From: Parcubacteria bacterium GBS-2
GTDB taxonomy: Bacteria > Patescibacteriota > Minisyncoccia > Minisyncoccales > GBS-2
Assembly (NCBI GenBank): GCA_001443025.1
Contig: LEKP01000003.1
Span: forward strand, 22,652-86,651
Length of the DNA stretch: 64,000 bases
Direction of reading: 5' to 3'
Part shown: piece by piece, positions 25,710-34,122 of the stretch
Layout: the number at the start of each line of letters is the position of its first letter
Position numbering within the stretch: position 1 is the stretch's first letter
Program-made: the position numbers and the translations under genes
The notes under the pieces: model-generated
The model's database searches: none
What the model saw: the letters and a program-made list of their open reading frames with translations, nothing else
Told to the model about the DNA's origin: nothing

Positions 25710-27626
25710 TTAAATGTCCAAATTTTTAACCTTTTTGGCAAAGGTATAAATAAACCTTTTTCTTGGCAAAACATTCTTTCCCATTAAAATATCAAAAGTT
25801 CTATCTGCCTCCTTTGCGTCTTCAATTTTAACTTTTATCAGAACTCTTTTTTCAGGATTCATCGTTGTCTCCCAAAGTTCTTCCGGATTCATTTCTCCAA
25901 GACCCTTGTACCTTTGAATTGAAACTGAAGATTTTTTTAATTCTTTCAAGACTTTTTCCTTTTCCTCTTCTGAGTAAGCATACCTTACTTCTTTTCCTGC
26001 TTGAATTTTGTAAAGCGGTGGCTTTGCAATGTACAAATATCCCCTTTCTATTACTGGCCTAAAATATCGATAAAACAAAGTTAAAAGTAAAGTCTTAATG
26101 TGATTACCGTCGACGTCAGCATCGCAAGCAATGATGATTCTATGGTATCTTATTTTTTCGATATCAAAATCTTCAGCAATCGCAGTACCCAAAGCAATTA
26201 TTAAAGACCTAATTTCTTTTGAAGCTAAAATTTTATCCAGCCTCGCTCTTTCTACGTTTAAAATTTTTCCCCTCAATGGTAAGATTGCTTGGAAACGTCT
26301 ATCCCTTGCTTGCCTCGAGGACCCACCTGCGGATTCTCCCTCCACAATAAAAAGTTCTGCATTCTCTGGGTTTTTTGTAGTACAATCTGCCAATTTTCCA
26401 GGTAAAGTCAATCCTTCTAGTATTCCTTTTCTTAATACAGTTTCTTTTGCAGCTTTAGCCGCTTTTCTTGCCTTTTGAGCTAAGATACATTTTTGTAAAA
26501 TTGCTCTTGCATCCGAAGGATTTTTTTCAAAAAAATCTAAAATTGCTTCAGAAACTACGCTTTCAACTGCTACTTTCGCTTCAGGATTTCCTAACTTTTC
26601 TTTGGTCTGTCCTTCAAATTGCGGATTTTCTATTTTTATCGACACGATTGCAGTCAATCCTTCTCTGATATCTTCCCCGCTCAAATTTTCGTCGTTTTCT
26701 TTTAAAATTCCATTCTTTCTAGCATATTCGTTAAAGGTCTTTGTTAGAGCAGTTCTAAAACCTGTTAAATGAGTACCTCCGTAAGGATTATAAATATTAT
26801 TAGCAAAAGCTTCTTCGTAACTTTCATACTCATCAGTATAGCAAAAAGCTGCCTCTACTAAGATGCCATTCTTCTGACCAGAGCAATAGAAAATATTTTT
26901 CATTATTTTCTCTTGCCCAGAAGTCAAATACCTCAAGTAAGAAACAATTCCTCCCTCAAAATAGAAACAATAATTTTCTGGAGGTTTTGTTCTCTGGTCT
27001 GAGAATAAAAATTTTAATCCTTTATTTAAAAATGCCTGCTGTCTTAAGAAATGTAAAATTTTATCTCTATCAAATCTAACTTCTTTGAAAATCTCAGGGT
27101 CTGGTTCAAAAATCACTGTCGTTCCTCTTTTATTCGTTTTTCCAACTTTTATTACATTAGTGATTGGTTTTCCTCTTGAGTATTCCTGATAATACTCATA
27201 TCCATCCCTAAAAACTTGAACCTTCATATATTTTGAAAGAGCGCAGACTGCAGAAATTCCTACTCCATGTAGACCACCAGTACAAACATAAACTTTGCTA
27301 CCAAACTTTGCTCCTGCATGGAGTGTAGTAACAATCGTTTCTAAAGCTGGTTTTTTTGTCTGAGGGTGAATATCAACTGGAATTCCTCTTCCATTATCTT
27401 CAACCTTTACTCTATTTTTTGACAAAAGTGAAACTTTTATTTCGTCACAATAACCCATGATTGCTTCATCAATACTGTTGAAAACGATTTCTCTTAATAA
27501 ATGATGAACTCCCTCAACCCCGGTTGAACCAATATACATTCCAGGTCTTTTCCTTACAGGTTCTAATCCTGACAAAATCTGAATATCTTTTGCTGTATAT
27601 TCTCCTGGTTTTATTTCTTTTTTCAT
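25710..27626 (-). CDS. gyrB: DNA gyrase subunit B
   Basis: GHKL ATPase (HHLLREIVFNSIDEA, GGLHGVG), Toprim EGESAGGS and the PLRGKILNVE motif. Confidence 0.95.
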   Translation of the reverse strand: MKKEIKPGEYTAKDIQILSGLEPVRKRPGMYIGSTGVEGVHHLLREIVFNSIDEAIMGYCDEIKVSLLSKNRVKVEDNGRGIPVDIHPQTKKPALETIVTTLHAGAKFGSKVYVCTGGLHGVGISAVCALSKYMKVQVFRDGYEYYQEYSRGKPITNVIKVGKTNKRGTTVIFEPDPEIFKEVRFDRDKILHFLRQQAFLNKGLKFLFSDQRTKPPENYCFYFEGGIVSYLRYLTSGQEKIMKNIFYCSGQKNGILVEAAFCYTDEYESYEEAFANNIYNPYGGTHLTGFRTALTKTFNEYARKNGILKENDENLSGEDIREGLTAIVSIKIENPQFEGQTKEKLGNPEAKVAVESVVSEAILDFFEKNPSDARAILQKCILAQKARKAAKAAKETVLRKGILEGLTLPGKLADCTTKNPENAELFIVEGESAGGSSRQARDRRFQAILPLRGKILNVERARLDKILASKEIRSLIIALGTAIAEDFDIEKIRYHRIIIACDADVDGNHIKTLLLTLFYRYFRPVIERGYLYIAKPPLYKIQAGKEVRYAYSEEEKEKVLKELKKSSVSIQRYKGLGEMNPEELWETTMNPEKRVLIKVKIEDAKEADRTFDILMGKNVLPRKRFIYTFAKKVKNLDI

Positions 27627-29620
27627 TTTTTTCTAACTTCCCAATTTGGATTTTTTTCTAAGTTTTCAATAATTTTTTGAAAAGCTTTTTCAACCTCCTC
27701 TGGTAAAATTGCTCTTTCTTTTAGTTGAAAGATTATGCGAAAAGCTAAACTTTTTCTTTCTTCTTCAATTTCCTCATAAATGTCGAAAAGGTCGATGTCT
27801 CTAATTAATTTTCCTGCAGCTTCTTCTATCACATTCATTATCTCTTCCACCAAAACATTCTTTGGTACTAAAACAGAAATATCCCTAACAATTGCTGGAT
27901 AGACAGAAAATGGTTCGTATTCATGTTCTTCAGTAGCTAATTTTGCTAGTTTTTCAAAATCGATATCGAAAGCAACTATATTATTTTTGATTTTGTATTT
28001 TTCAAGAATTCTTTTTGAAATCTCTCCTAAAAATCCAATCTCTTCTCCATCGATTTTAATTTCCGCAGACTTTTTGATTTTCCAAATTGAAATTTTACTT
28101 TCTTCTGGTGTTGGTTGGTAAAAATCAAAATAAAAGTTAGAAATTCCCATTTTCTTTAAAAGGGCATCGATCACACCCTTTGCCTCAAAAAATTTCTCCC
28201 CGGTAATTACTCCAGCAAGCGCCTTTTTCTCTTTTTTATTTTTAAAAATCTTTCCAATTTCAAAAATTTTTATTTCTGAAAATTCTGCCTGATTTTTTTG
28301 TATATTTTTGATCAACCCTGGAATTAAAGATGGCCTCAAAAATTGATAGAAAGCTGAAGCAGGATTTTCAATTTCCGTTGCTTCTTTTTTAAAACCAAAA
28401 TTTTCAATGTCTTCTTTAGATAAGAATGAATAATTATAAACTTCGGTAAAACCCAAAGAAACTAAGACATCTTTGACGAAATTTTCCCAGAATATCTCTG
28501 AATTTTTCTTTGGAGGAATGAGAGCGGAAATTGGAAATTGCTTTTGAATCTTCTCATATCCATAAATTCTTCCAATCTCTTCTATTAAATCTTCTTGGAT
28601 TGAAACATCCCTTCGAAAAGTTGGAACTTCAACTTCTAGTTTTTGATTTACCTTAAAACCTAAGTTCTTTAGAATTTTTAAAATTCTTGACTTTGGAATT
28701 TTTACGCCCAAAAGCGACTCAACTTTCTCAATTTCCAATTTTATCTTTTTTGGCAAAGCTTTCTCTGGATAGTAGTCCAAAACCCCTTTTGCAATTTTTC
28801 CACCACAAATTTTTGAAATTAAATAGGCTGCTCTATTTATTGCAATTTCAGTTAAATTTGGATCAAGGCCATGGGAAAATCTCATAGAGGCATCAGTTTT
28901 CAAATCCAACTTTACAGAACTTCTCCGAATTATTACAGGATCAAAATTTGCGCTTTCTAAAAAAACGATCTTTGTATTTTGTGAAATTCCAGTTTCTTTT
29001 CCCCCTTTTATTCCAGCAATGGCAATTGGCCTTTTTTGATCTGCTATTACTAAAATATCTTTATCTAAATCGTATTTTTCATCATCTAAGGTCGATATTT
29101 TTTCTCCTTTTTTTGCAAACCTTACAATCACTTTCTTTCCTTCGATCTTTTCAAGATCGAAAGCATGAAGGGGTTGACCTAGTTCTAGCATTACATAATT
29201 TGTAATATCCACAACGTTGTTTATTGGCTTTATTCCGCAAGCCTCCAGCCTTTCTTTAATCCACTGGGGTGATTCTCCAACTTTTACATCAAGAATAACT
29301 CTCGCTGTATACCTTTGACATCCAGAGAAAACTTTGATTGAAGCAAAATCTTTTGCCTTGAGATTTTTTTCCTCTTGAATTTTCCATTTTTCCTCTTTTA
29401 ATTTCAACCCCAAAATTGAAGAAATTTCCCTGGCAATACCTAAATGAGAATAACAATCTGTTCTATTTGGCAAAACATCGATATCTAAAACAAAATCTTT
29501 GCCGATTTTTTCAACTTTCTCAACTTCAAAACAATGCATTGTTAAAATTTCTGCAAGCTTTTCTGGTTTTGGCAATTTTTTATCAAAAAAAGATTGCAAC
29601 CAATTAAAAGAAAATTTCAT
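27623..29620 (-). CDS. pheT: Phenylalanyl-tRNA synthetase beta subunit (short form)
   Basis: N-terminus MKFSFNWLQ, B3/4 and B5 domains and a C-terminal FDX-ACB-like domain. Directly follows pheS. Confidence 0.9.
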   Translation of the reverse strand: MKFSFNWLQSFFDKKLPKPEKLAEILTMHCFEVEKVEKIGKDFVLDIDVLPNRTDCYSHLGIAREISSILGLKLKEEKWKIQEEKNLKAKDFASIKVFSGCQRYTARVILDVKVGESPQWIKERLEACGIKPINNVVDITNYVMLELGQPLHAFDLEKIEGKKVIVRFAKKGEKISTLDDEKYDLDKDILVIADQKRPIAIAGIKGGKETGISQNTKIVFLESANFDPVIIRRSSVKLDLKTDASMRFSHGLDPNLTEIAINRAAYLISKICGGKIAKGVLDYYPEKALPKKIKLEIEKVESLLGVKIPKSRILKILKNLGFKVNQKLEVEVPTFRRDVSIQEDLIEEIGRIYGYEKIQKQFPISALIPPKKNSEIFWENFVKDVLVSLGFTEVYNYSFLSKEDIENFGFKKEATEIENPASAFYQFLRPSLIPGLIKNIQKNQAEFSEIKIFEIGKIFKNKKEKKALAGVITGEKFFEAKGVIDALLKKMGISNFYFDFYQPTPEESKISIWKIKKSAEIKIDGEEIGFLGEISKRILEKYKIKNNIVAFDIDFEKLAKLATEEHEYEPFSVYPAIVRDISVLVPKNVLVEEIMNVIEEAAGKLIRDIDLFDIYEEIEEERKSLAFRIIFQLKERAILPEEVEKAFQKIIENLEKNPNWEVRKK

Positions 29621-29621
29621 T

Positions 29622-30653
29622 TTAGAACTGGTGTAAAAACCTTAAATCGCCTGAATTAAACAACCTTATGTCTGGAATTTTATATTTGAGCATTACTAAT
29701 CTATTCATTCCAAAGCCAAAAGCAAATCCCTGCCATTCTTTTGGATTTAATTTACAGTTTTTGTAAACATTAGGATGAACCATTCCTGCCCCTCCGCATT
29801 CTAGCCATCCTGAATTCTTACAAACTTGGCATCCTTTTCCATTACAAAGAACGCAAGAAATGTCTACTTCAAAAGAAGGCTCAGTAAATGGAAAAAAAGA
29901 AGGCCTCAACCTAATTTTTACTTCTTTTTCAAAAAATCTTTTTAAGAATTCTTCAATAATTGCCTTAAAGTTTGCAACAGAAATATCTTTCCCAACCATC
30001 AATCCTTCAAGCTGCCAAAAATCTATTTCATGAGAGGCATCAATAGCATCTAATCTAAAGACTCTTCCTGGAACGATAATTCTCAATGGTGGCGAATTCT
30101 TCTCCATGTAGCGAATTTGGACTGAAGAAGTATGACTTCTCATTAATCCACCGCTTTTTAAATAAAAAGTTTTCCCCAAAGATAAAACATCTCTTGCTGG
30201 GTGGTCTGGAGGGATGTTTAAGGCATCGAAATTGTGCCATTCATCTTCGATTTCTGGTCCTTCAACAACTTCAAATCCCATTGATTGGAAAATCTCTTCT
30301 ATTTTTCTTCTAGCAAGGGTAATTGGATGATAATGACCGATGGGAGCTTTTGGAGGAGGGATTGTAATATCGATCCATTCTTTTTCTTCTACTTCTTTTT
30401 CAGCCTTTTCTTTTAATTCCTTTGCCTTCTTTTCAAATTCCTCCATTAAACTTTCTTTCATTTTTCCAAACTTTTCGCCAAAGATTTTTCTTTGCTTTTT
30501 GGGCAATTTTGGAATGATCTTTGAAATTTTCTTAACCTCCCCATCTTTTCCGAAAACTTCTTTGAAAATTGTGTCCAATTCTTTTAAACTTTCTGCTTTT
30601 TCAATTTTCTTTCTTACTTTGTTTTCAAGGCTTTTGAGATCAATTTTTTCCAT
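29622..30653 (-). CDS. pheS: Phenylalanyl-tRNA synthetase alpha subunit
   Basis: Class II motifs (HPI..., FRLDAIDASH, GGAGMVHP, GFAFGFGMNRL). Confidence 0.95.
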   Translation of the reverse strand: MEKIDLKSLENKVRKKIEKAESLKELDTIFKEVFGKDGEVKKISKIIPKLPKKQRKIFGEKFGKMKESLMEEFEKKAKELKEKAEKEVEEKEWIDITIPPPKAPIGHYHPITLARRKIEEIFQSMGFEVVEGPEIEDEWHNFDALNIPPDHPARDVLSLGKTFYLKSGGLMRSHTSSVQIRYMEKNSPPLRIIVPGRVFRLDAIDASHEIDFWQLEGLMVGKDISVANFKAIIEEFLKRFFEKEVKIRLRPSFFPFTEPSFEVDISCVLCNGKGCQVCKNSGWLECGGAGMVHPNVYKNCKLNPKEWQGFAFGFGMNRLVMLKYKIPDIRLFNSGDLRFLHQF

Positions 30654-30661
30654 ATACTCAA

Positions 30662-30690
30662 ATTTTAAAATAAAAAGGGTTAAAAATCAA
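30662..30690 (-). promoter_or_regulatory. Promoter of pheS (leaderless geometry)
   Basis: Minus strand TTGATT (30685-30690), 17 nt, TAAAAT (30662-30667), 8 nt to the ATG at 30653. Overlaps the tRNA terminator hairpin. Confidence 0.45.
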
Positions 30691-30695
30691 CCCTT
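30663..30695 (-). terminator. Terminator after tRNA-Thr(UGU)
   Basis: Minus strand AAGGGTT-GATTTTT-AACCCTT followed by TTTATTTT. Confidence 0.55.
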
Positions 30696-30722
30696 ACTCA
30701 CTCAACCTGAGTCTAAATTTTG

Positions 30723-30794
30723 AGCCGGCGGAGGGATTTGAACCCACGACCCACCGCTTACAAGGCGGTTGCTCTACCACTGAGCTACGCCGGC
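30723..30794 (-). tRNA. tRNA-Thr (anticodon UGU)
   Basis: Acceptor GCCGGCG/CGCCGGC, anticodon stem-loop ACCGC-CTTGTAA-GCGGT, T-loop TTCAAAT (one U:U mismatch in the T stem), discriminator U. No encoded CCA. Confidence 0.9.
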
Positions 30795-31022
30795 ACCTCG
30801 CTCGCCTCTCCAGCGCTTTCGCGCTGGCGCCCCGCCGTGAATCCTCCACGCGGGGCTTCGCTGCCACCTCCTCCTGGTAGGTAGAAATTATTCTCTTACT
30901 TTTAGTACACGGGCTCGCTTCGTTCCACTCTTCATAGGGGAAATCTAGTTTTCCCTTGATTGTTGTTTTACTCACTCCTTCGTTATCGCTTCGGGAATTC
31001 TCTTTGCAGTCACTTCCCTCCT
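30795..31022 (-). ncRNA. ~230-nt structured leader upstream of tRNA-Thr(UGU) (long version of the tRNA-leader element)
   Basis: Module Y (30799-30857) is near-identical to 5385-5443. A module-X-like hairpin GGGAAAACTAGATTTCCCCTATG lies at ~30933-30958. Additional hairpins are present and there is no credible ORF. Confidence 0.45.
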
Positions 31023-31029
31023 GCTAGAT

Positions 31030-31057
31030 AGAATACTATGTTGATGTCTGACGTCAA
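31030..31057 (-). promoter_or_regulatory. Candidate promoter of the tRNA-Thr(UGU) leader
   Basis: Minus strand TTGACG (31052-31057), 16 nt, TATTCT (31030-31035). The -35 lies inside the palindrome ATGTTGACGTCAGACATCAACAT. Confidence 0.3.
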
Positions 31058-31198
31058 CATAACTTTCTGAAAGTTGCGATCTTTGTCGTCATTTTTCTTC
31101 CTAATTAAGGATTAATTTTTCAACCCTCGACTACGCTTCGCTTATTCTCTTCTGTCAAAAATCAATTTTTCCTTTTTAAAAAGTACCTAACCAGAAGA

Positions 31199-31531
31199 CT
31201 ATTTAATCTCTCTCTTTATTTTATCCCAATACTCATCAGCTTTTCGCTTTTCTTTTTTTCTTTGTTTTTCCCTTAATTTTTTCAGCCAGTGAAAAGTTAA
31301 ATTATCAATTTTTAGACTCAAAATTCTTACTCTAGCAATCCACTTTTGTAAAAAAATCTCGAAGGAAAAGTCTCTAAATGGGTTCAATTTTTTAATTTTC
31401 TTTTTAAATTTTGAAATCGCATCTTCTCGAGGAAACTCAAATGCCAAAATTAAAGGAATTTTTCTAATAAAGGTAAAAAACATTCCAAAAAAACTCAAAA
31501 CTAAAATTATAAGGAAAATTACCTCTAACAT
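31199..31531 (-). CDS. Hypothetical membrane-anchored protein
   Basis: 110 aa with an N-terminal TM (VIFLIILVLSFFGMFFTFI) and a basic C-terminus. No motif recognised. Confidence 0.4.
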   Translation of the reverse strand: MLEVIFLIILVLSFFGMFFTFIRKIPLILAFEFPREDAISKFKKKIKKLNPFRDFSFEIFLQKWIARVRILSLKIDNLTFHWLKKLREKQRKKEKRKADEYWDKIKREIK

Positions 31532-31977
31532 TAAATTTCAAATCTAGCAAATCTTCCGATAGTAATATTTTCATCAAATTTCGCAATGTACTCTGCAATC
31601 AAATCCTTTATTTTCTTTGTTTCATCTCTAATCCAATTTTGTTCCAAGAGAGGAATCTCTTCTGGATTTATAGCAGCAATTTGAAGACATAATTCATGGG
31701 CTAATTTTTGAAACTCTGGATTTTTTGCAACAAAATCAGATTCGCAACGAAGTTCCAACAAAACTCCAATTCTTTTTCCAGAATGGATATATGCCTCGAT
31801 TATTCCTTCTTTAGTTTCTCTTTCTTTTTTCTTTTGAGCAATTTGACCATGTTTCTCCCTTAAAATTTCTTTTGCTTTTTCCAAATCTCCCTTCGCTTCT
31901 TCTAATGCTTTTTTACACTCCCCTATCGAGATTTCGGTTTCTTCCCTAAGTTTTTTTATTTTTTCGATCAAATTCAT
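31531..31977 (-). CDS. tsf: Elongation factor Ts (short form, 148 aa)
   Basis: UBA-like N-domain IKKLREETEISIGECKKALEEAKGDLEKA, then GVLLELRCESDFVAKN. Follows rpsB. Confidence 0.8.
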   Translation of the reverse strand: MNLIEKIKKLREETEISIGECKKALEEAKGDLEKAKEILREKHGQIAQKKKERETKEGIIEAYIHSGKRIGVLLELRCESDFVAKNPEFQKLAHELCLQIAAINPEEIPLLEQNWIRDETKKIKDLIAEYIAKFDENITIGRFARFEI

Positions 31978-32690
31978 TTTTGTTTTACCTTTAAAATTGC
32001 TTCTTTTACCTTTTCTAAAATGTATTTTACAGATGAAACTGCATCGTCATTTGCGGGGATAGGATAATCCGCTAATGTCGGATCAGTATTAGTATCTGAA
32101 ATTGCAATTATTTTTATTCCTTTTTCTCTAGCCTCTTTTACTGCAAGTTTATCTTTTACCATATCGCAAATAAAAATTGCATCTGGCAGTTTTTCCATAT
32201 TTTTTATCCCTCCAAATTTTTTTTCCAATTTTTGAATCTCTTTTTCTATTTCTGCCCTTTCTTTTTTTGTATATTTTTCAAAAAAGCCTTCCGCTTTTTT
32301 CTTTTCAAGATCCTTCAAGTATTCTGCCCTCTTTTTTATTACCTCAAAATTGGTAAAAGTTCCTCCAAGCCATCTCTCGTTAACGTAAGGATAACCCAAC
32401 TCGCTCGCAATTTCTTTAACTAAATCCTTTATTTGAGGCTTTGTTCCCACAAATAAAATTGTCTTGTTTTGCAAAACTAATTCCTGAATGAATTTTAAGG
32501 CTTCTTCAAGCTTTTGTTTTGTTTTTTCAAGATCGATTATGTGAACTGTGTTCCTTACTCCAAAAATAAAAGGAAACATCTTTGGATGAACTTTTGATGT
32601 CTTGTGTCCAAAATGAAGCCCTGCCTTTCCCATTTCTTCAACATTGATTCTAAAATCTCCTTCTTTTATTTTTTCTTCATTCTCAACCAT
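31974..32690 (-). CDS. rpsB: 30S ribosomal protein S2
   Basis: MGKAGLHFGHKTSKVHPKM...NTVHIIDLEKT...ISDTNTDP. I start at MVENEEK (32690). The track's 20 extra codons fall in the duplicated promoter region. Confidence 0.9.
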   Translation of the reverse strand: MVENEEKIKEGDFRINVEEMGKAGLHFGHKTSKVHPKMFPFIFGVRNTVHIIDLEKTKQKLEEALKFIQELVLQNKTILFVGTKPQIKDLVKEIASELGYPYVNERWLGGTFTNFEVIKKRAEYLKDLEKKKAEGFFEKYTKKERAEIEKEIQKLEKKFGGIKNMEKLPDAIFICDMVKDKLAVKEAREKGIKIIAISDTNTDPTLADYPIPANDDAVSSVKYILEKVKEAILKVKQK

Positions 32691-32696
32691 ATTTTT

Positions 32697-32776
32697 AAAT
32701 ATATCACTATTTAAACAGCAAATCAAATATTGAATTTTCAAATATATCACTATTTAAACAGCAAATCAAATATTGA
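32697..32776. repeat. 43-bp tandem duplication in the rpsB / repeat-gene divergent promoter region
   Basis: AAATATATCACTATTTAAACAGCAAATCAAATATTGA occurs at 32697-32733 and again at 32740-32776 (37/37 identical). Confidence 0.85.
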
Positions 32777-32801
32777 CAAAATATAAATGGTTTGATAAAA
32801 T
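32773..32801 (+). promoter_or_regulatory. Promoter of the repeat-protein gene
   Basis: TTGACA (32773-32778), 17 nt, TAAAAT (32796-32801). GGAGGTG at 32808-32814 lies 10 nt before the ATG at 32825. Confidence 0.55.
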
Positions 32802-32824
32802 GAAAACGGAGGTGAACTTTAAAA

Positions 32825-33955
32825 ATGACAGATGAAAAAGAGGTGAAGGTGTTTAAGTTATGGAGGGAACTCTTGGAACAAGGACCCACAAATGAAGATT
32901 TGCGCTATATCATTAAGTGGGTAGAACCTTTAAGGAAAGAGGCTGGGCAGAAACTCTTGGAACAAGGGCCAACAAAGGAAGATTTGTTCTATATCATTAC
33001 GTGGGTAGAACCTTTAAGGAAAGAGGCTTGGGAGAAACTCTTGGAACAGGGGCCCACAAAGGAAGATTTGCGCTATATCATTAAGTGGGTAAAACCTTTA
33101 AGGAAAGAGGCTTGGGAGAAACTTTTGGAACAAGGACCCACAAATGAAGATTTGCGCTATATCATTAAGTGGGTAGAACCTTTAAGGAAAGAGGCTGGGC
33201 AGAAACTCTTGGAACAAGGGCCAACAAAGGAAGATTTGTTCTATATCATTACGTGGGTAGAACCTTTAAGGAAAGAGGCTTGGGAGAAACTTTTGGAACA
33301 AGGACCCACAAATGAAGATTTGCGCTATATCATTAAGTGGGTAGAACCTTTAAGGAAAGAGGCTGGGCAGAAACTCTTGGAACAAGGGCCAACAAAGGAA
33401 GATTTGTTCTATATCATTAAGTGGGTAAAACCTTTAAGGAAAGAGGCTTGGCAGAAACTCTTGGAACAGGGGCCCACAAAGGAAGATTTGTTCTATATCA
33501 TTAAGTGGGTAGAACCTTTAAGGAAAGAGGCTTGGGAGAAACTTTTGGAACAAGGACCCACAAATGAAGATTTGCGCTATATCATTAAGTGGGTAGAACC
33601 TTTAAGGAAAGAGGCTTGGCAGAAACTCTTGGAACAAGGGCCCACAAATGAAGATTTGCGCTATATCATTGAGTGGGTAGAACCTTTAAGGAAAGAGGCT
33701 TGGCAGAAACTCTTGGAACAAGGGCCCACAAATGAAGATTTGCGCTATATCATTGAGTGGGTAGAACCTTTAAGGAAAGAGGCTGGGCAGAAACTCTTGG
33801 AACAAGGGCCAACAAAGGAAGATTTGTTCTATATCATTGAGTGGGTAGAACCTTTAAGGAAAGAGGCTTGGGAGAAACTCTTGGAACAGGGGCCCACAAA
33901 GGAAGATTTGCGCTATATCATTAAGTGGGTAAAAACCTTTAAAGAGAGAGGCTAA
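32825..33955 (+). CDS. Tandem-repeat protein: 13 x 28-aa helical-type units (LLEQGPT.EDL.YII.WV.PLRKEA..K)
   Basis: A 376-aa ORF with no signal peptide. After 15 N-terminal residues the whole protein is 28-aa units. Visibly GC-richer than its neighbours. Has its own promoter and terminator. Confidence 0.8.
   Translation: MTDEKEVKVFKLWRELLEQGPTNEDLRYIIKWVEPLRKEAGQKLLEQGPTKEDLFYIITWVEPLRKEAWEKLLEQGPTKEDLRYIIKWVKPLRKEAWEKLLEQGPTNEDLRYIIKWVEPLRKEAGQKLLEQGPTKEDLFYIITWVEPLRKEAWEKLLEQGPTNEDLRYIIKWVEPLRKEAGQKLLEQGPTKEDLFYIIKWVKPLRKEAWQKLLEQGPTKEDLFYIIKWVEPLRKEAWEKLLEQGPTNEDLRYIIKWVEPLRKEAWQKLLEQGPTNEDLRYIIEWVEPLRKEAWQKLLEQGPTNEDLRYIIEWVEPLRKEAGQKLLEQGPTKEDLFYIIEWVEPLRKEAWEKLLEQGPTKEDLRYIIKWVKTFKERG
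32870..33955 (+). repeat. 84-bp tandem repeat array, 12 full units + 1 truncated
   Basis: Units are ~90-100% identical at the DNA level. A 168-bp higher-order block (units 1-2) recurs as units 4-5. Confidence 0.95.
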
Positions 33956-34064
33956 GAAACTGCTAAAACGCACAAAAGAAGGCATTATGAAGGAAATTAG
34001 AAAACTCTACCCACCCTTATAAAGAGAGCCTCTCTTCCTCTATTTCCTTGGTTCTTTGGATACA

Positions 34065-34094
34065 CTCTAAGCATTTTTTGCTTAGAGTTTTTTT
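34065..34094 (+). terminator. Rho-independent terminator after the repeat gene
   Basis: CTCTAAGCA-TTTTT-TGCTTAGAG followed by TTTTTTT. Confidence 0.7.
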
Positions 34095-34122
34095 ATTGAG
34101 AATTAAATTTCCATTAAAAAAT

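Noticed and set aside
30795-31022. RNase P RNA, tmRNA, SRP RNA or T-box identity for the GC-rich leader
   Set aside because: The universally conserved blocks are absent by eye: GAGGAAAGUCC and ACAGAA.CCGGCUUA, the tmRNA tag ORF with a split tRNA-like domain, GGAAGCAGC, and the T-box AAUUAGGGUGGUACCGCG. I therefore kept it as an unclassified element.
32691-32750. N-terminal 20 codons of the rpsB track ORF (MIYLKIQYLICCLNSDIFKN), and ORF 32707-32889
   Set aside because: They fall in the duplicated promoter sequence. uS2 homology starts at MVENEEK (32690), which has a -10 box 7 nt upstream.
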